Part shown: positions 36,401 to 48,545 of the stretch, one piece after another
How positions within the stretch are numbered: position 1 is the first letter of the stretch
Layout: each line of letters starts with the position of its first letter
DNA from: Macrostomum hystrix
Taxonomy: Eukaryota > Animalia > Platyhelminthes
Assembly: GCA_950097015.1 (NCBI GenBank)
Contig: CATNEN010000011.1
Location: 1,550,001-1,614,000 of the forward strand
Reading direction: 5' to 3'
DNA: 64,000 nt
Notes under the pieces: generated by a model
What the model saw: only the letters and a program-made list of their open reading frames with translations
Database searches by the model: none
Told to the model about the DNA's origin: nothing
Translations under genes and position numbers: made by a program

Positions 36401-39400
36401 TTGAATCTTACAATTTTACAAGAAAACAGATACAATTCTTTGTTGGGCGTTTTCTGTGAAGATTTCCACATGATATTAATTGCGAACAAGCTAGCTCGTA
36501 TTAGAGTGATTTTGTTAGTCATCGAATAACTTGTGTGAATTTAGAAATCCGTAAATCGAAATAATCTGAGAGAATCGACAATCTGAGAGAATCTACGAAC
36601 TGACAGAATTGACGAACTGAGAGAATCTACGAACTGACAGAATTGACGAACTGAGAGAATCGACGAACTGAGAGAATCGACGAACTGAGAGAATCGAAGA
36701 ACTGAGAGAATCGACGAACTGAGAGAATCTACGACTGAGAGAATCGACGAACTGAGAGAATCGACGAACTGAGAGAATCGACGAACTGAGAGAATCGACG
36801 AACTGAGAGAATCGATGAACTGAGAAAATGACGAGCTGAGAGAATCGACGAACTGAGAGAATCGACGAACTGAAAGAATCGACGAACTGAGAGAATCGAC
36901 GAACTGAGAGAATCGACGAACTGAAAGAATCGACGAACTGAGCGAATCGACGAAATTGAGAGAATCGACGAACTGAGAAAATGACGAGCTGAGAGAATTC
37001 ACGAAATTGAGAGAAACGATGAATTGAGAGAATCGACGAACTGAGAAAATCGAGGAACTGACAGAATCGACGATCTGAGAGAATCGATGAAATTGAGAGA
37101 ATCGACGAACTGAGCGAATCGATGAAATTGAGAGAATCGACGAAATTGAGAGAATCGACGAAATTGAGAGAATCAGTGAACTGAGAAAATCAACGAACTG
37201 AGCAAATCGACGAAATGGAGAGAATCAAAGAACTGAGAGAATCGACGAACTGAGAGAATCGACGAACTGAGAAAAATGACGAGCTGAGAGAATCGACGAA
37301 CTGAGAGAATCGACGAACTGAGAGAATCGACGAACTGAGCAAATCGACGAAATTGAGAATCGACGAACTGAGAAAATGACGAGCTGAGAGAATCGACGAA
37401 CTGAGAGAATCGACGAACTGAGAGAATCGACGAACTGAGCAAATCGACGAAATTGAGAATCGACGAACTGAGAAAATGACGAGCTGAGAGAATCGACGAA
37501 CTACGAAAATGAACAAACTGACAGAATTGACGAAATTGAGAGAAACGATAAATTGAGAGAATCGACGAAATTGAGAGAATCAACGAAATGAGAAAATGAC
37601 GAGCTGAGAGAATCGACGAACTGAGAGAATCGACGAACTGAAAGAATCGACGAACTGAGAGAATCGACGAACTGAGAGAATCGACGAACTGAGAGAATCG
37701 ACGAACTGAGCGAATCGACGAAATTGAGAGAATCGACGAACTGAGAAAATGACGAGCTGAGAGAATTCACGAAATTGAGAGAAACGATGAATTGAGAGAA
37801 TCGACGAACTGAGAAAATCGAGGAACTGACAGAATCGACGATCTGAGAGAATCGATGAAATTGAGAGAATCGACGAACTGAGCGAATCGATAAAATTGAG
37901 AGAATCGACGAAATTGAGAGAATCGACGAAATTGAGAGAATCAGTGAACTGAGAAAATCAACGAACTGAGCAAATCGACGAAATGGAGAGAATCAAAGAA
38001 CTGAGAGAATCGACGAACTCAGAGAATCGACGAACTGAGAGAATCGACGAACTGAGAAAATGACGAGCTGAGAGAATCGACGAACTGAGAGAATCGACGA
38101 ACTGAGAGAATCGACGAACTGAGAGAATCGACGAACTGAGCAAATCGACGAAATTGAGAATCGATGAACTGAGAAAATGACGAGCTGAGAGAATCGACGA
38201 ACTACGAAAATGGACAAACTGACAGAATTGACGAAATTGAGAGAAACGATAAATTGAGAGAATCGACGAAATTGAGAGAATCAACGAACTGAGAAAATCG
38301 ACGGAATTAGTCGAGCAGTTACCGTTGTTTCTATTTTTAGAAAGTCTTTCGTGGTGAATTTCTATCTAGCCTATCCTTAACTCTAGCACGTGACTGGCCT
38401 CGGCCAATGAAATTACGTCATAGCGAATCACGTGACTGAACCATAAAAGAATCAAGTTTTTTCCTACCCCGATATCCGAGCCAACTATGCTGCATTCACG
38501 CATTCGATTGGTCAAAGAAAAACACGGCGATTCGGAAACTTGGGCGCAACTAAAAGAAAGTGACCGTGGCGACTGGCTTAACAAGAAATACGGCGCAGAA
38601 ACGTTACAATTAAAAATGGGATTACAGAAGGTCCAACGCCTGAAATCACACAGGCGGCAACTTCATTAGCAACTGCGGGGACCAGGAGAAAATAAAAGCT
38701 TATGGATATTTTGTGGAAAAAAATAAATGCTTAACATCGCCGCGTGCCTCGTTTCAATCTCTTTTGTTTCAACCGAAAAGTGATCGAAAACGTCCGTCTT
38801 CGAGAGAAAGAAGAAAATTAAGGAGCCATTTTCCTTGTCTTCGATGCTCTTCAAGTAGGTAAAAATCTTTTTTATCTTCTTATTTTGTGAAGAAATGGTT
38901 TGGATTTTTTAATCCTGTTGGATGGAAAGTTGTTCTACTCGATTGATTTGAGTTATGCAGGACCTGTTAGACATAATTGTGTTCTAATCGATTGATTTGA
39001 GTAATGCAGACCCTGTTAGACATAATTGCGTTCTAATCAATTGATTTGAATAATGCAGACCCTGTTAGACATAATTGCGTTCTAATCAATTGATTTTAGT
39101 TATGCAGGATCTGTTAGACACAATTGTGTTCTAATCTATTGGTTTGAGTTATGCAGGATCTGTTAGACACAATTGTGTTCTAATCTATTGGTTTGAGTAA
39201 TGCAGGATCTGTTAGACACAATTGTGTTCTAATCAATTGATTTTAGTTATGCAGGATCTGTTAGACACAATTGTGTTCTAATCTATTGGTTTGAGTTATG
39301 CAGGATCTGTTAGACACAATTGTGTTCTAATCTATTGGTTTGAGTAATGCAGGATCTGTTAGACACAATTGTGTTCTAATCTATTGGTTTGAGTTATGCA

Positions 39401-40854
39401 GGATCTGATAGACACAATTGTGTTCTAATCAATTGATTTGAGTTATGCAGGATCTGTTAGACACAATTGTGTTCTAATCTATTGGTTTGAGTTATGCAGG
39501 ATCTGTTAGACACAATTGTGTTCTAATCTATTGGTTTGAGTTATGCAGGATCTGTTAGACACAATTGTGTTCTAATCTATTGGTTTGAGTTATGCAGGAT
39601 CTGTTAGACACAATTGTGTTCTAATCTATTGGTTTGAGTTATGCAGGATCTGATAGACACAATTGTGTTCTAATCAATTGATTTGAGTTATGCAGGATCT
39701 GTTAGACACAATTGTGTTCTAATCTATTGGTTTGAGTTATGCAGGATCTGTTAGACACAATTGTGTTCTAATCTATTGGTTTGAGTTATGCAGGATCTGT
39801 TAGACACAATTGTGTTCTAATCAATTGATTTGAGTTATGCAGGATCTGTTAGACACAATTGTGTTCTAATCTATTGGTTTGAGTTATGCAGGATCTGTTA
39901 GACACAATTGTGTTCTAATCAATTGATTTGAGTTATGCAGGATCTGTTAGACACAATTGTGTTCTAATCAATTGATTTGAGTTATGCAGGATCTGTTAGA
40001 CACAATTGTGTTCTAATCAATTGATTTGAGTTATGCAGGATCTGTTAGACACAATTGTGTTCTAATCTATTGGTTTGAGTTATGCAGGATCTGTTAGACA
40101 CAATTGTGTTCTAATCAATTGATTTGAGTTATGCAGGATCTGTTAGACACAATTGTGTTCTAATCAATTGATTTGAGTAATGCAGGATCTGTTAGACATA
40201 ATTGCGTTCTAATCAATTGATTTGAGTAATGCAGGATCTGTTAGGCATAATTGTGTTCTAATCAATTGACTTGAGTAATGCAGGACCTGTTAGACACAAT
40301 TGTGTTCTAATCAATTGATTTGAGTAATGCAGACCCTGTTAGACACAATTGTGTTCTAATCAATTGACTTGAGTAATGCAGGACCTGTTAGACACAATTG
40401 TGTTCTAATCAATTGATTTGAGTAATGCAGACCCTGTTAGACATAATTGCGTTCTAATCAATTGACTTGAGTAATGCAGACCCTGTTAGACACAATTGTG
40501 TTCTAATCTATTGGTTTAGTTCATAGAAGCTCAGTAAAACTCACACATCTTCCGTTCTGTCCTCTCGACGATAGTGTTCTTTGGCAGTGTAGCCGACTGC
40601 GGCCAATAGTACATGTTCTCAATCCAGCAGAGATTCTCAACGTACTCCATGCGTTGAGTTGAAGCGGTCTCAATAATAGACCAGCATTGAATAGGAGTGA
40701 ACAGGTACTGTTTAGAAGCTGATATTCCGGCAAAGAAAATCAGGATCACAGGTGTAACCATGTAATTCAGAACGTCAATAAAATCTTCGGCCGATGCGTA
40801 CTGACCAAAACTGACCCTGAACTGGTTGACCTTCAGGAAGAAGTCGAAATTCAT
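27439..40854 (-). CDS. Innexin (gap-junction protein), exons 40854-40545 and 28526-27439, 465 aa
   Basis: EDFIDVLNY, KQY..PIQCW, ENLCW, YYQWVPF, FPRVARCD, QCVLPNNMLNEKMY; four TM segments. A phase-1 donor (T|gtgagt) and acceptor (cgcag|AC) join in frame (310+1088 = 1398 nt). No specific paralog can be assigned. Confidence 0.93.
28727..30893. repeat. 16-17-bp minisatellite (gaatctcagaaatccc), ~2.2 kb, innexin intron
   Basis: Roughly 130 tandem copies. Confidence 0.97.
31722..32700. repeat. 35-bp minisatellite (gatcgataagagacgacacccaccacttcactgcc) in two blocks (31722-32200, 32575-32700) separated by unique sequence
   Basis: Tandem repeat with 35-bp period (31861 to 31896). Confidence 0.9.
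33350..33990. repeat. 13-bp minisatellite (ggattc[g/a]gctttg)
   Basis: Tandem repeat with a cgg-to-cag variant gradient. Confidence 0.96.
34465..34920. repeat. 17-bp minisatellite (gagaatcgacgaactga), block 1
   Basis: Tandem repeat; followed by a short tctcattctctactctctac array (34925-35050). Confidence 0.93.
35685..35905. repeat. 17-bp minisatellite (gagaatcgacgaactga), block 2
   Basis: Same unit as blocks 1 and 3. Confidence 0.92.
36560..38305. repeat. 17-bp minisatellite (gagaatcgacgaactga), block 3, with a 768-bp internal duplication
   Basis: Rare variants recur 768 bp apart (gaattcacg 36995/37763; aatcagtg 37171/37939). Confidence 0.95.
38385..38515. promoter_or_regulatory. Cluster of E-box/CRE/CCAAT motifs (possible promoter or enhancer)
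   Basis: CACGTGAC 38387, CCAAT 38404, TTACGTCA 38413, TCACGTGAC 38428, ATTGG ~38508. Motif match only. Confidence 0.3.
38935..40518. repeat. 49-bp palindromic minisatellite (ctgttagacacaattgtgttctaatc[t/a]attg[g/a]tttgagttatgcaggat), GTTAGACAC family
   Basis: ~32 copies, period 49 (39481 to 39530); begins ~26 nt into the innexin intron. Confidence 0.97.
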
Positions 40855-41189
40855 TCTGCAATTAGGTCGTAGGATTCGAGTTTGGAACCTTGGTTGCGAG
40901 TTTTAAAGCTTGAATTATTATTTAACTGACTCGTGTTACTTCCGATCCGACTTCCAAATTTTCCTTAAAAAATTTCCGTGACTTTGTAAAAGAGGGGAAA
41001 AATTATTGCGATCGGACCAAGCGCTTCTTTGATTTTGATCCCATTCGGGGGGTTGGGAATTTTAAAATCCTATGGTCGAATGGGCGACTGAGCGAATGGG
41101 CGAGACGGCACAGCCAATCATTTGGCTTTGTAGGACTTTGAGATTCTGCAATTTGCCGTCACTTGTTGATTGAAAGGAAAAGTCTAAAA

Positions 41190-42560
41190 GTACTATGACT
41201 AAAAAAAGAATTAGAAAATCATCCAACGGGTTGCAATCCACCTCAAAATCATCCAACGAGTTGCAATCCACCTCAAAATCATCCAACGGGTTGCAATCCA
41301 CCTCAAAATCATCCAACGGGTTGCAATCCACCTAAAAATAATCGAAAGGGTTGCAATCCACCTCAAAATCTTTCAAAAGGTTACAATCCAACTCAAAATA
41401 AAAAAAATGTTGCAATCCACCTCAAAATTTTTCAAAAGGTTGCAATCCACCTCAAAATCATCCAACGGGTTGCAATCCATCTCAATATCATCCAACGGGT
41501 TGCAATCCACCTCAAAATCTTTAAAAAGGTTGCAATCCATCTCAAAAACATCCAACGGGTTGCAATCCACCTCAAAATCATCCAACGGGTTGCAATCCAC
41601 CTCAAAATCATCGAAAGGGTTGCAATCCACCTCAAAATCTTTCAAAAGGTTACAATCCAACTCAAAATAAAAAAAATGTTGCAATCCACCTCAAAATTTT
41701 TCAAAAGGTTGCAATCCACCTCAAAATCATCCAACGGGTTGCAATCCACCTCAAAATCTTTAAAAAGGTTGCAATCCATCTCAAAAACATCCAACGGGTT
41801 GCAATCCACCTCAAAATCATCCAACGGGTTGCAATCCACCTCAAAATCATCGAAAGGGTTGCAATCCACCTCAAAATCATCGAAAGGGTTGCAATCCACC
41901 TCAAAATCATTTTTAAAAGTTGATATTTACCTCAAAATTATCCAACGGGTTGCAATCCATATCAAAATTATTCAATTGGTTGCAATCCACCTCAAAGTTA
42001 TTAAAAAAAGTTGATATTTACCTCAAAATCATCCAACGGGTTGCAATCCACCTCAAAATCTTTAAAAAGATTGCAATCCACCTCAAAAACATCCAACGGG
42101 TTGCAATCCACCTAAAAATCATCTAAAGGGTTGCAATCCACCTCAAAATCATCGAAAGGGTTGCAATCCATCTCAAAATCTTTCAAAAGGTTGCAATCCA
42201 CCTCAAAATTATTTTAAAAAGTTGCAATTTACCTCAAAATCATCCAACGGGTGGCAATCCATATCAAAATTATTCAATTGGTTGCAATCCACCTCAAAAT
42301 TATTTTAAAAAGTTGCTATTTACCTCAAAATCATCCAACGGGTTACAATCAACCTCAAAATCTTTCAAAAGGTTGCAATCCACCTCAAAATCATTTAATT
42401 GATTGCAATCCAATGAAAATCAATCAACGGGTTGCAACCCACCTTAAAATCAATCAATAGGTTGCAATCCACCTCAAAATCATTTAATTGATTGCAATCC
42501 AATGAAAATCATTCAACGGGTAGCAATCCACCTCAAATTCATTTGACGGGTTGCAACTCA
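41190..42560. repeat. 30-bp minisatellite (gttgcaatccacctcaaaatcatccaacgg)
   Basis: Tandem repeat with a 269-bp block duplication (41379/41648). Confidence 0.95.
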
Positions 42561-43015
42561 CCTTACAAACCATATTTACCTATTTTGAAAGGTTAAGAAA
42601 CTTAAACAGATCGCAGTATCTCGTATAAAAATGTCCTAACCTTTCTGACTGTTTTGATAGTAAGTTCCAACAATGTGAAATCTATTATAATCTTATTTTT
42701 CACGCAGTCAATTTCAAGAATTCATTCAGCGAGTCACTCGAAGATGGGATTAATATATTTAGATTTCGTCATTCTTTCAAATCCGCAAAATACAGCACTA
42801 GTGCTTGCTGTTCGATGCTATATTGTGTAAAAAATATAAATAATTTTTTCTTAAGCATAGCATAGCAGGCGCATTGCTTTAACTTGGCTTCTTGTGTAGG
42901 CAAGCTGGCTGGCTGGCTGGCGGTACCAAGTTGAGATTTAGGATCTGTGTAGAATCTGTGCATGTCAACTCGCAAGACTTGCTATACAAAGAAATGCAAA
43001 GTTTGTTTTGCTACG

Positions 43016-43018
<3 letters not shown>

Positions 43019-43063
<45 letters not shown>

Positions 43064-43077
43064 GTTGCTGCCGCCGC
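43019..43077. repeat. (CTG)n/(CAG)n microsatellite, ~13 units, possibly in an innexin 5' UTR exon
   Basis: The trinucleotide run is seen directly; its exon status is unsupported. Confidence 0.85.
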
Positions 43078-43299
43078 ATCAGATGTTGATGGAGTGGAAA
43101 TTTTTGCGCAGTAGTATATGCCACCGGTGCAATTGGTATTTCATGTGTTTCATGTAAGTCGAACATTCAACTTGATTAAGATAGATGGGATTTTATTTTC
43201 GCAGACAGGGACAATTTTAAGGAAGAATTTTTGCTGAAAATTAATTGATTAACACTTTTGGTGGACCGATTGCATACAAAAACAGTAAAAAATTGATTT

Positions 43300-44060
43300 G
43301 AATGGATTCTAACAGATAACTTTACTGTCTAATAGCAGGGATTGAGTCTAACAGATGAGGATTACATAACAGGTAAGCAACGTCTAACAGGTGAGGATTC
43401 TGTCTAACAGGTGGAGATTGTGTCTAACAGGTGTGAATTTTTTCTAACAGGTGTGAAATTTGTCTAATAGGTGGGAATTGGACCTAACAGGTTGAGATTG
43501 TGTCTAATAGGTAGGAATTGTGACTAAAATTGGGTCTAACAGGTGTGAATTGTGTCTAACAGGTGGAGATTGTGTCTAACAGGTGGGAACTGTGTCTAAC
43601 AGGTAGGAATTGTGTCTCACAGCTAGGAATTGTGACTAAAATTGGGTCTAACAGGTGTGAATTGTGTCTAACAGGTGGAGATTGTGTCTAACAGGTGGGA
43701 ACTGTGTCTAACAGGTAGGAATTGTGTCTCACAGCTAGGAATTGTGACTAAAATTGGGTCTAACAGGTGTGAATTGTGTCTAACAGGTAGAGATTGTGTC
43801 TAACAAGTGGAGATTGTGTCTAACAGGTGTGAATTTTGTCTAACAGGTGGGAATTTGGCCTAACAGGTTGAGATTGTGTCTAACAGGTAGGGATTGTATC
43901 TAACAGGTTGAGATTGTGTCTAACAGGTGTGTCTAACAGGTGTGTCTAACAGGTGTGTCTAACAGGTGTGTCTAACAGGTGTGTCTAACAGGTGTGTCTA
44001 ACAGGTGTGTCTAACAGGTGGATAGTGTCTAACATCTTGAGATTGTCTAACAGGTGGGCT
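43300..44060. repeat. gtgtctaacag array (reverse-orientation GTTAGACAC family), 20-bp units switching to 13-bp units
   Basis: Period 20 at ~43561, period 13 at ~43921. Confidence 0.93.
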
Positions 44061-45596
44061 AATTTTGATGCTATTTAGAGCTCTCTTTTAAGGCAAAGGC
44101 TTGTGCCGCTTTGCACTGAATACCCGAACAAGAGTGCGACCAAAATTTATTCTGCAACTAATAAAATATACAATTCTTTTTTACGAGGCATTTTTCATCT
44201 TCATAAAAAATTTGTGAATTTCAGGTTAAAATTTTACGTAGTTCGAGCTAAAAAGAAGAGTATATCACATTGGTCATAAAAGTTTTCGTCATAATTATAT
44301 TATTGACAGTATAAATGAAATCTAGATTGAATCTAAAACTTTATACCCACTCTCCTACTTTTCGACTCGTTGCAGCTTAGACGAAATTCTGAGCTAGACG
44401 AAACTCGGCTAGAGAAAAAGCTCTCTATTTGATTATTGAGGCCGACAAAACGATATAATCTATACTATACTCGTGAGCCGGAGTGTGTATATAATCGACA
44501 GATATCGACGTTAGCTCGAGATTGATAATTGGCACGAAAATGCTATTTTTGTACTGTTTTTTTCGAATGGGTTAACAAAATCTCGTCAGGTCAGAGAGTA
44601 GCAATTTCTATGCTTTATTTTATATTTCATCTTTCATCATCAATGATAGTAACATCTTCTACGAGTGTACATCTTCCCTACATGTTGATCTTACGAGTAC
44701 ATCCCTCGTGAATGTACATATTTTCTTAATGTACATCATTCCTAAATGTACAAATTTCATAAATGTACATCTTTACTAAATGTACATATTTCCTAAATGT
44801 ACATCTTTCCCGCATGTACATGTTTCCTGAACGTACATAGTCATTGAACGTAAATCTTTATTGAAAGTACATCTTCTGAATGTACACTAGACAACTTTGG
44901 AATCTGGAATATAAATTTTCGGGACTGTCAAATCGAGTCTTTAAAAAATAAGACAGGAGAAGAAGACAAAAAGCCAAATGCCGACTATTCTCAATGGGAA
45001 AAGAATCGGATTATGAGGATTATCTGTGACACCTCTTTGTTGTGCCAGCTGGCGGTCGCGGGCGTTTTTCGGCAAAAAATAGTGACCAGGATCAAAAAGC
45101 GATTAGCGCCACTCAACGCCAAACTGGTCTCTTTTGTAACAAGCAAAGTTGAGATTAGGCGAGATTGCATGACAGCGGAAATTGAGGCGTCAAAGCCAAA
45201 CTGCTCATGTTTTTCTAGTCTTTCAGCGAATCAACTGTCTAAAACACTCGCGAAAAATGTCCGTCTGACGCCCTAAGTTCGAATCTCTATGAGCAACACA
45301 CAAAATTTCCAGCTGTTTCATTTTTGATCAACTGTAAAAGCACTGCATTTGGAACCATCTCAGGGGTAGAAATTTGGTGGGTGTGACAGCTACTACAAGG
45401 GGGTATACAGCTTTTTGGGTGCTGATCAATTTCTGAGTTAAATTATAGTATCTTAAACCTGTTTATGTTAACACAAAAAAGCTGAAATTTAGATTTAGAT
45501 TTTTACCTTTCTAACCGATTTTTAAGGCCCTGTCAAATCTCTCAATCGGACACCTGAAATGGACACCCGGCCAATCAGTCCTATATTTGTAATACA

Positions 45597-46585
45597 GCTC
45601 AAAGAAAGGATTGGGTGTCCGCTCAAAGGAAGGATTGGGTGTCCACTCAAGGAAAGGATTGGGTGTCCGCTCAATGAAAGGATTGGGTGTCCGCTCAAGG
45701 AAAGGATTGGGTGTCCGCTCAATGAAAGGATTGGGTGTCCGCTCAATGAAAGGATTGGGTGTCCGCTCAAGGAAAGGATTGGGTGTCCGCTCAATGAAAG
45801 GATTGGGTGTCCGCTCAAGGAAAGGATTGGGTGTCCGCTCAATGAAAGGATTGGGTGTCCGCTCAAGGAAAGGATTGGGTGTCCACTCAAAGAAAGGATA
45901 GGGTGTCCACTCAAAGAAAGGATAGGGTGTCCACTCAAAGAAAGTATTGCGTGTCCGCTCAATGAAAGGATTGGGTGTCCACTCAAAGAAAGGATTGGGT
46001 GTCCACTCAAAGAAAGGATTGGGTGTCCACTCAAAGAAAGGATTGGGTGTCCGCTCAAAGAAAGGATTGGGTGTCCGATTGGACTGTGTCCGAGTGTCCG
46101 AGTCGGATTGGAAACCCAATCCTGTCTTTAAAGTGGACACCCAATCCCGTCTTTAAAGTGGACACCCAATCCTGTCTTTAAAGTGGACACCCAATCCTGT
46201 CTTTAAAGTGGACACCCAATCCTGTCTTTAAAGTGGACACCCAATCCTGTCTTCAAATGGACACCCAATCCTGTCTTTAAAGTGGACACCAAATCCTGTC
46301 TTTAAAGTGGACACCCAATCCTGTCTTCAAATGGACACCCAATCCTGTCTTTAAAGTGGACACCAAATCCTGTCTTTAAAGTGGACACCCAATCCTGTCT
46401 TCAAATGGACACCCAATCTGTCTTTAAAGTGGACACCCAATCCTGTCTTTAAAGTGGACACCCAATCCTGTCTTTAAAGTGGACACCCAATCCTGTCTTC
46501 AAATGGACACCCAATCCTGTCTTCAAAGTGGACACCCAATCTGTCTTCGAAACGGACACCCAATCCTGTCTTTAAAGTGGACACC
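45597..46585. repeat. Two opposed arrays of the GTGGACACCCAATCC family (24-bp reverse 45597-46080; 25-bp forward 46110-46585)
   Basis: Left unit aaggattgggtgtcc[g/a]ctcaa[t/a/g]ga; right unit gtggacacccaatcctgtctttaaa. Confidence 0.95.
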
Positions 46586-47357
46586 CCAGACCAGTGTGAT
46601 TGATTCTGGGCATGCAGGCATGCTTAATTAGAGGATGGAGACACCCCAGTGTGTGTCTCACCTTTTTAGTTAGGCACAATGAATTTACTAGCAGCCTCAG
46701 TGCTCAGAGACGCTAACTAGATTCTAGAATTTATATTCAGCCTCTTTAAATTGCATTCTAATCCCCAAAAATAGAATAAATTTATACAGCCTATTTAATT
46801 ATGTTTGCAGCCCCGTGAGTACAGTACAAGCGATGAGCAGGCCTTAGTTTGAAGTCTTCGATTTTTTACTGAAATCGATCAAACTAGATAAAAAATCACA
46901 TCTTCCAGATTAACGAAGCGGAACAAAGAACAGGCTTGTCGGTGTGTCTGTCAAGTTGGTTAGTCAGTATAGGACTAAATCTATACGGACAGCTATACAC
47001 ACTGCACTCTAATAACGTTGCGGTTGAACAGTTCATTAGTGTACAAGTTTTTTAGTTTTCATTGCTAAAGCAACGGCAGCATTAGCAGCAGAAGCAAACG
47101 TTCTGTATTTAGCGTATGTATGAACAAATAACTTTTAGGGGTGGCCAATAAAACATTGCCTAGACACGTATGCACACACATATTTATATCAGCCATAAGA
47201 CTGTGACTGTGTAAAAGTCACCGATATTGTAATGGGCAATTCTGACACAAAAGCGAAGGAAACATTTAGCACGCGAAACAATGCGAGTTGCATATTGCTG
47301 ACAGCTGGCTTGTAGAACAGTTCCTGTTGTGATGTCTCTATCTTATTATCTAATTGA

Positions 47358-48545
47358 AAGGGGAGGAGAGGAGAGGAGACGAGAGGAGATGAGAGGAGAT
47401 GAGAGGAGATGAGAGGAGATGAGAGGAGATGAGAGGAGATGAGAGGAGAGGAGGGGAGATGAGAGGAGATGAGAGGCGAGGAGTGGCGAGGACATGAGAG
47501 GAGAGGAGATGAGAGGACAGGCGAGGACATGAGAGGACATGAGAGGAGAGGAGAGGAGAGGAGAGGAGAGGAGAGGAGATGAGAGGCGAGGAGATGAGAG
47601 GAGATGAGAGGAGAGGAGAGGAGATGAGAGGAGATGAGAGGAGATGAGAGGAGATAAGAGGCGAGGAGAGGAGAGGAGAGGCGAGGAGAGGAGATGAGAG
47701 GATATGAGAGGAGATAAGAGGAGATGAAAGGCGAGGAGAGGAGACGAGAGGAGATGAGAGGAGATGAGAGGAGATGAGAGGAGATAAGAGGCGAGGAGAG
47801 GAGAGGAGAGGAGAGGAGAGGAGAGGCGAGGAGAGGAGATGAGAGGAGAGGAGAGGAGATGAGAGGAGAGGAGAGGAGATGAGAGGAGATGAGAGGAGAT
47901 AAGAGGAGATGAGAGGCGAGGAGAGGAGATGAGAGGATATGAGAGGAGATAAGAGGAGATGAAAGGCGAGGAGAGGAGACGAGAGGAGATGAGAGGAGAT
48001 GAGAGGAGATGAGAGGAGATAAGAGGCGAGGAGAGGAGAGGAGAGGAGAGGAGAGGAGAGGCGAGGAGAGGAGATGAGAGGAGAGGAGAGGAGAGGGGAG
48101 AAGAGGAGAGGAGATGAGAGGAGAGGCGAGGAGAGGAGAGGAGAGGGTAGGAGAGGAGAGGAGAGGAGAGGCGAGGAGAGGAGATGAGAGGAGAGGAGAG
48201 GAGAGGAGAGGCGAGGAGATAGAGGAGAGGGGAGAAGAGGAGAGGAGAGGAGATGAGATGAGAGGAGAGGAGAGGAGATGAGAGGAGAGGAGAGGAGAAT
48301 AGAGGAGGGAAGGGAAGAGGAGAGGAGATGAGAGGAGAGGCGAGGAGAGGAGATGAGAGGAGAGGAGATGAGCGGAGAGGAGATGAGAGGAGAGGAGATG
48401 AGAGGCGAGGAGAGGGGAGGAGAGGAGAGGAGATGAGATCAGAGGAGAAAAGAGGAGAAGAGATGAGAGGAGATGAGAGGAGATGGGAGGAGAGGAGAGG
48501 AGAATAGAGGAGGGAAGGGAAGAGGAGAGGAGAGGATGGGAGAGA
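47358..48545. repeat. 1.2-kb polypurine simple repeat (GAGAG/GAGAT/GAG pentamer-decamer mix)
   Basis: Plus strand almost exclusively G/A. Confidence 0.97.

Noticed and set aside
44990-45480. Possible DNA-transposon remnant
   Set aside because: No TIR pair, TSD or transposase motif could be identified.
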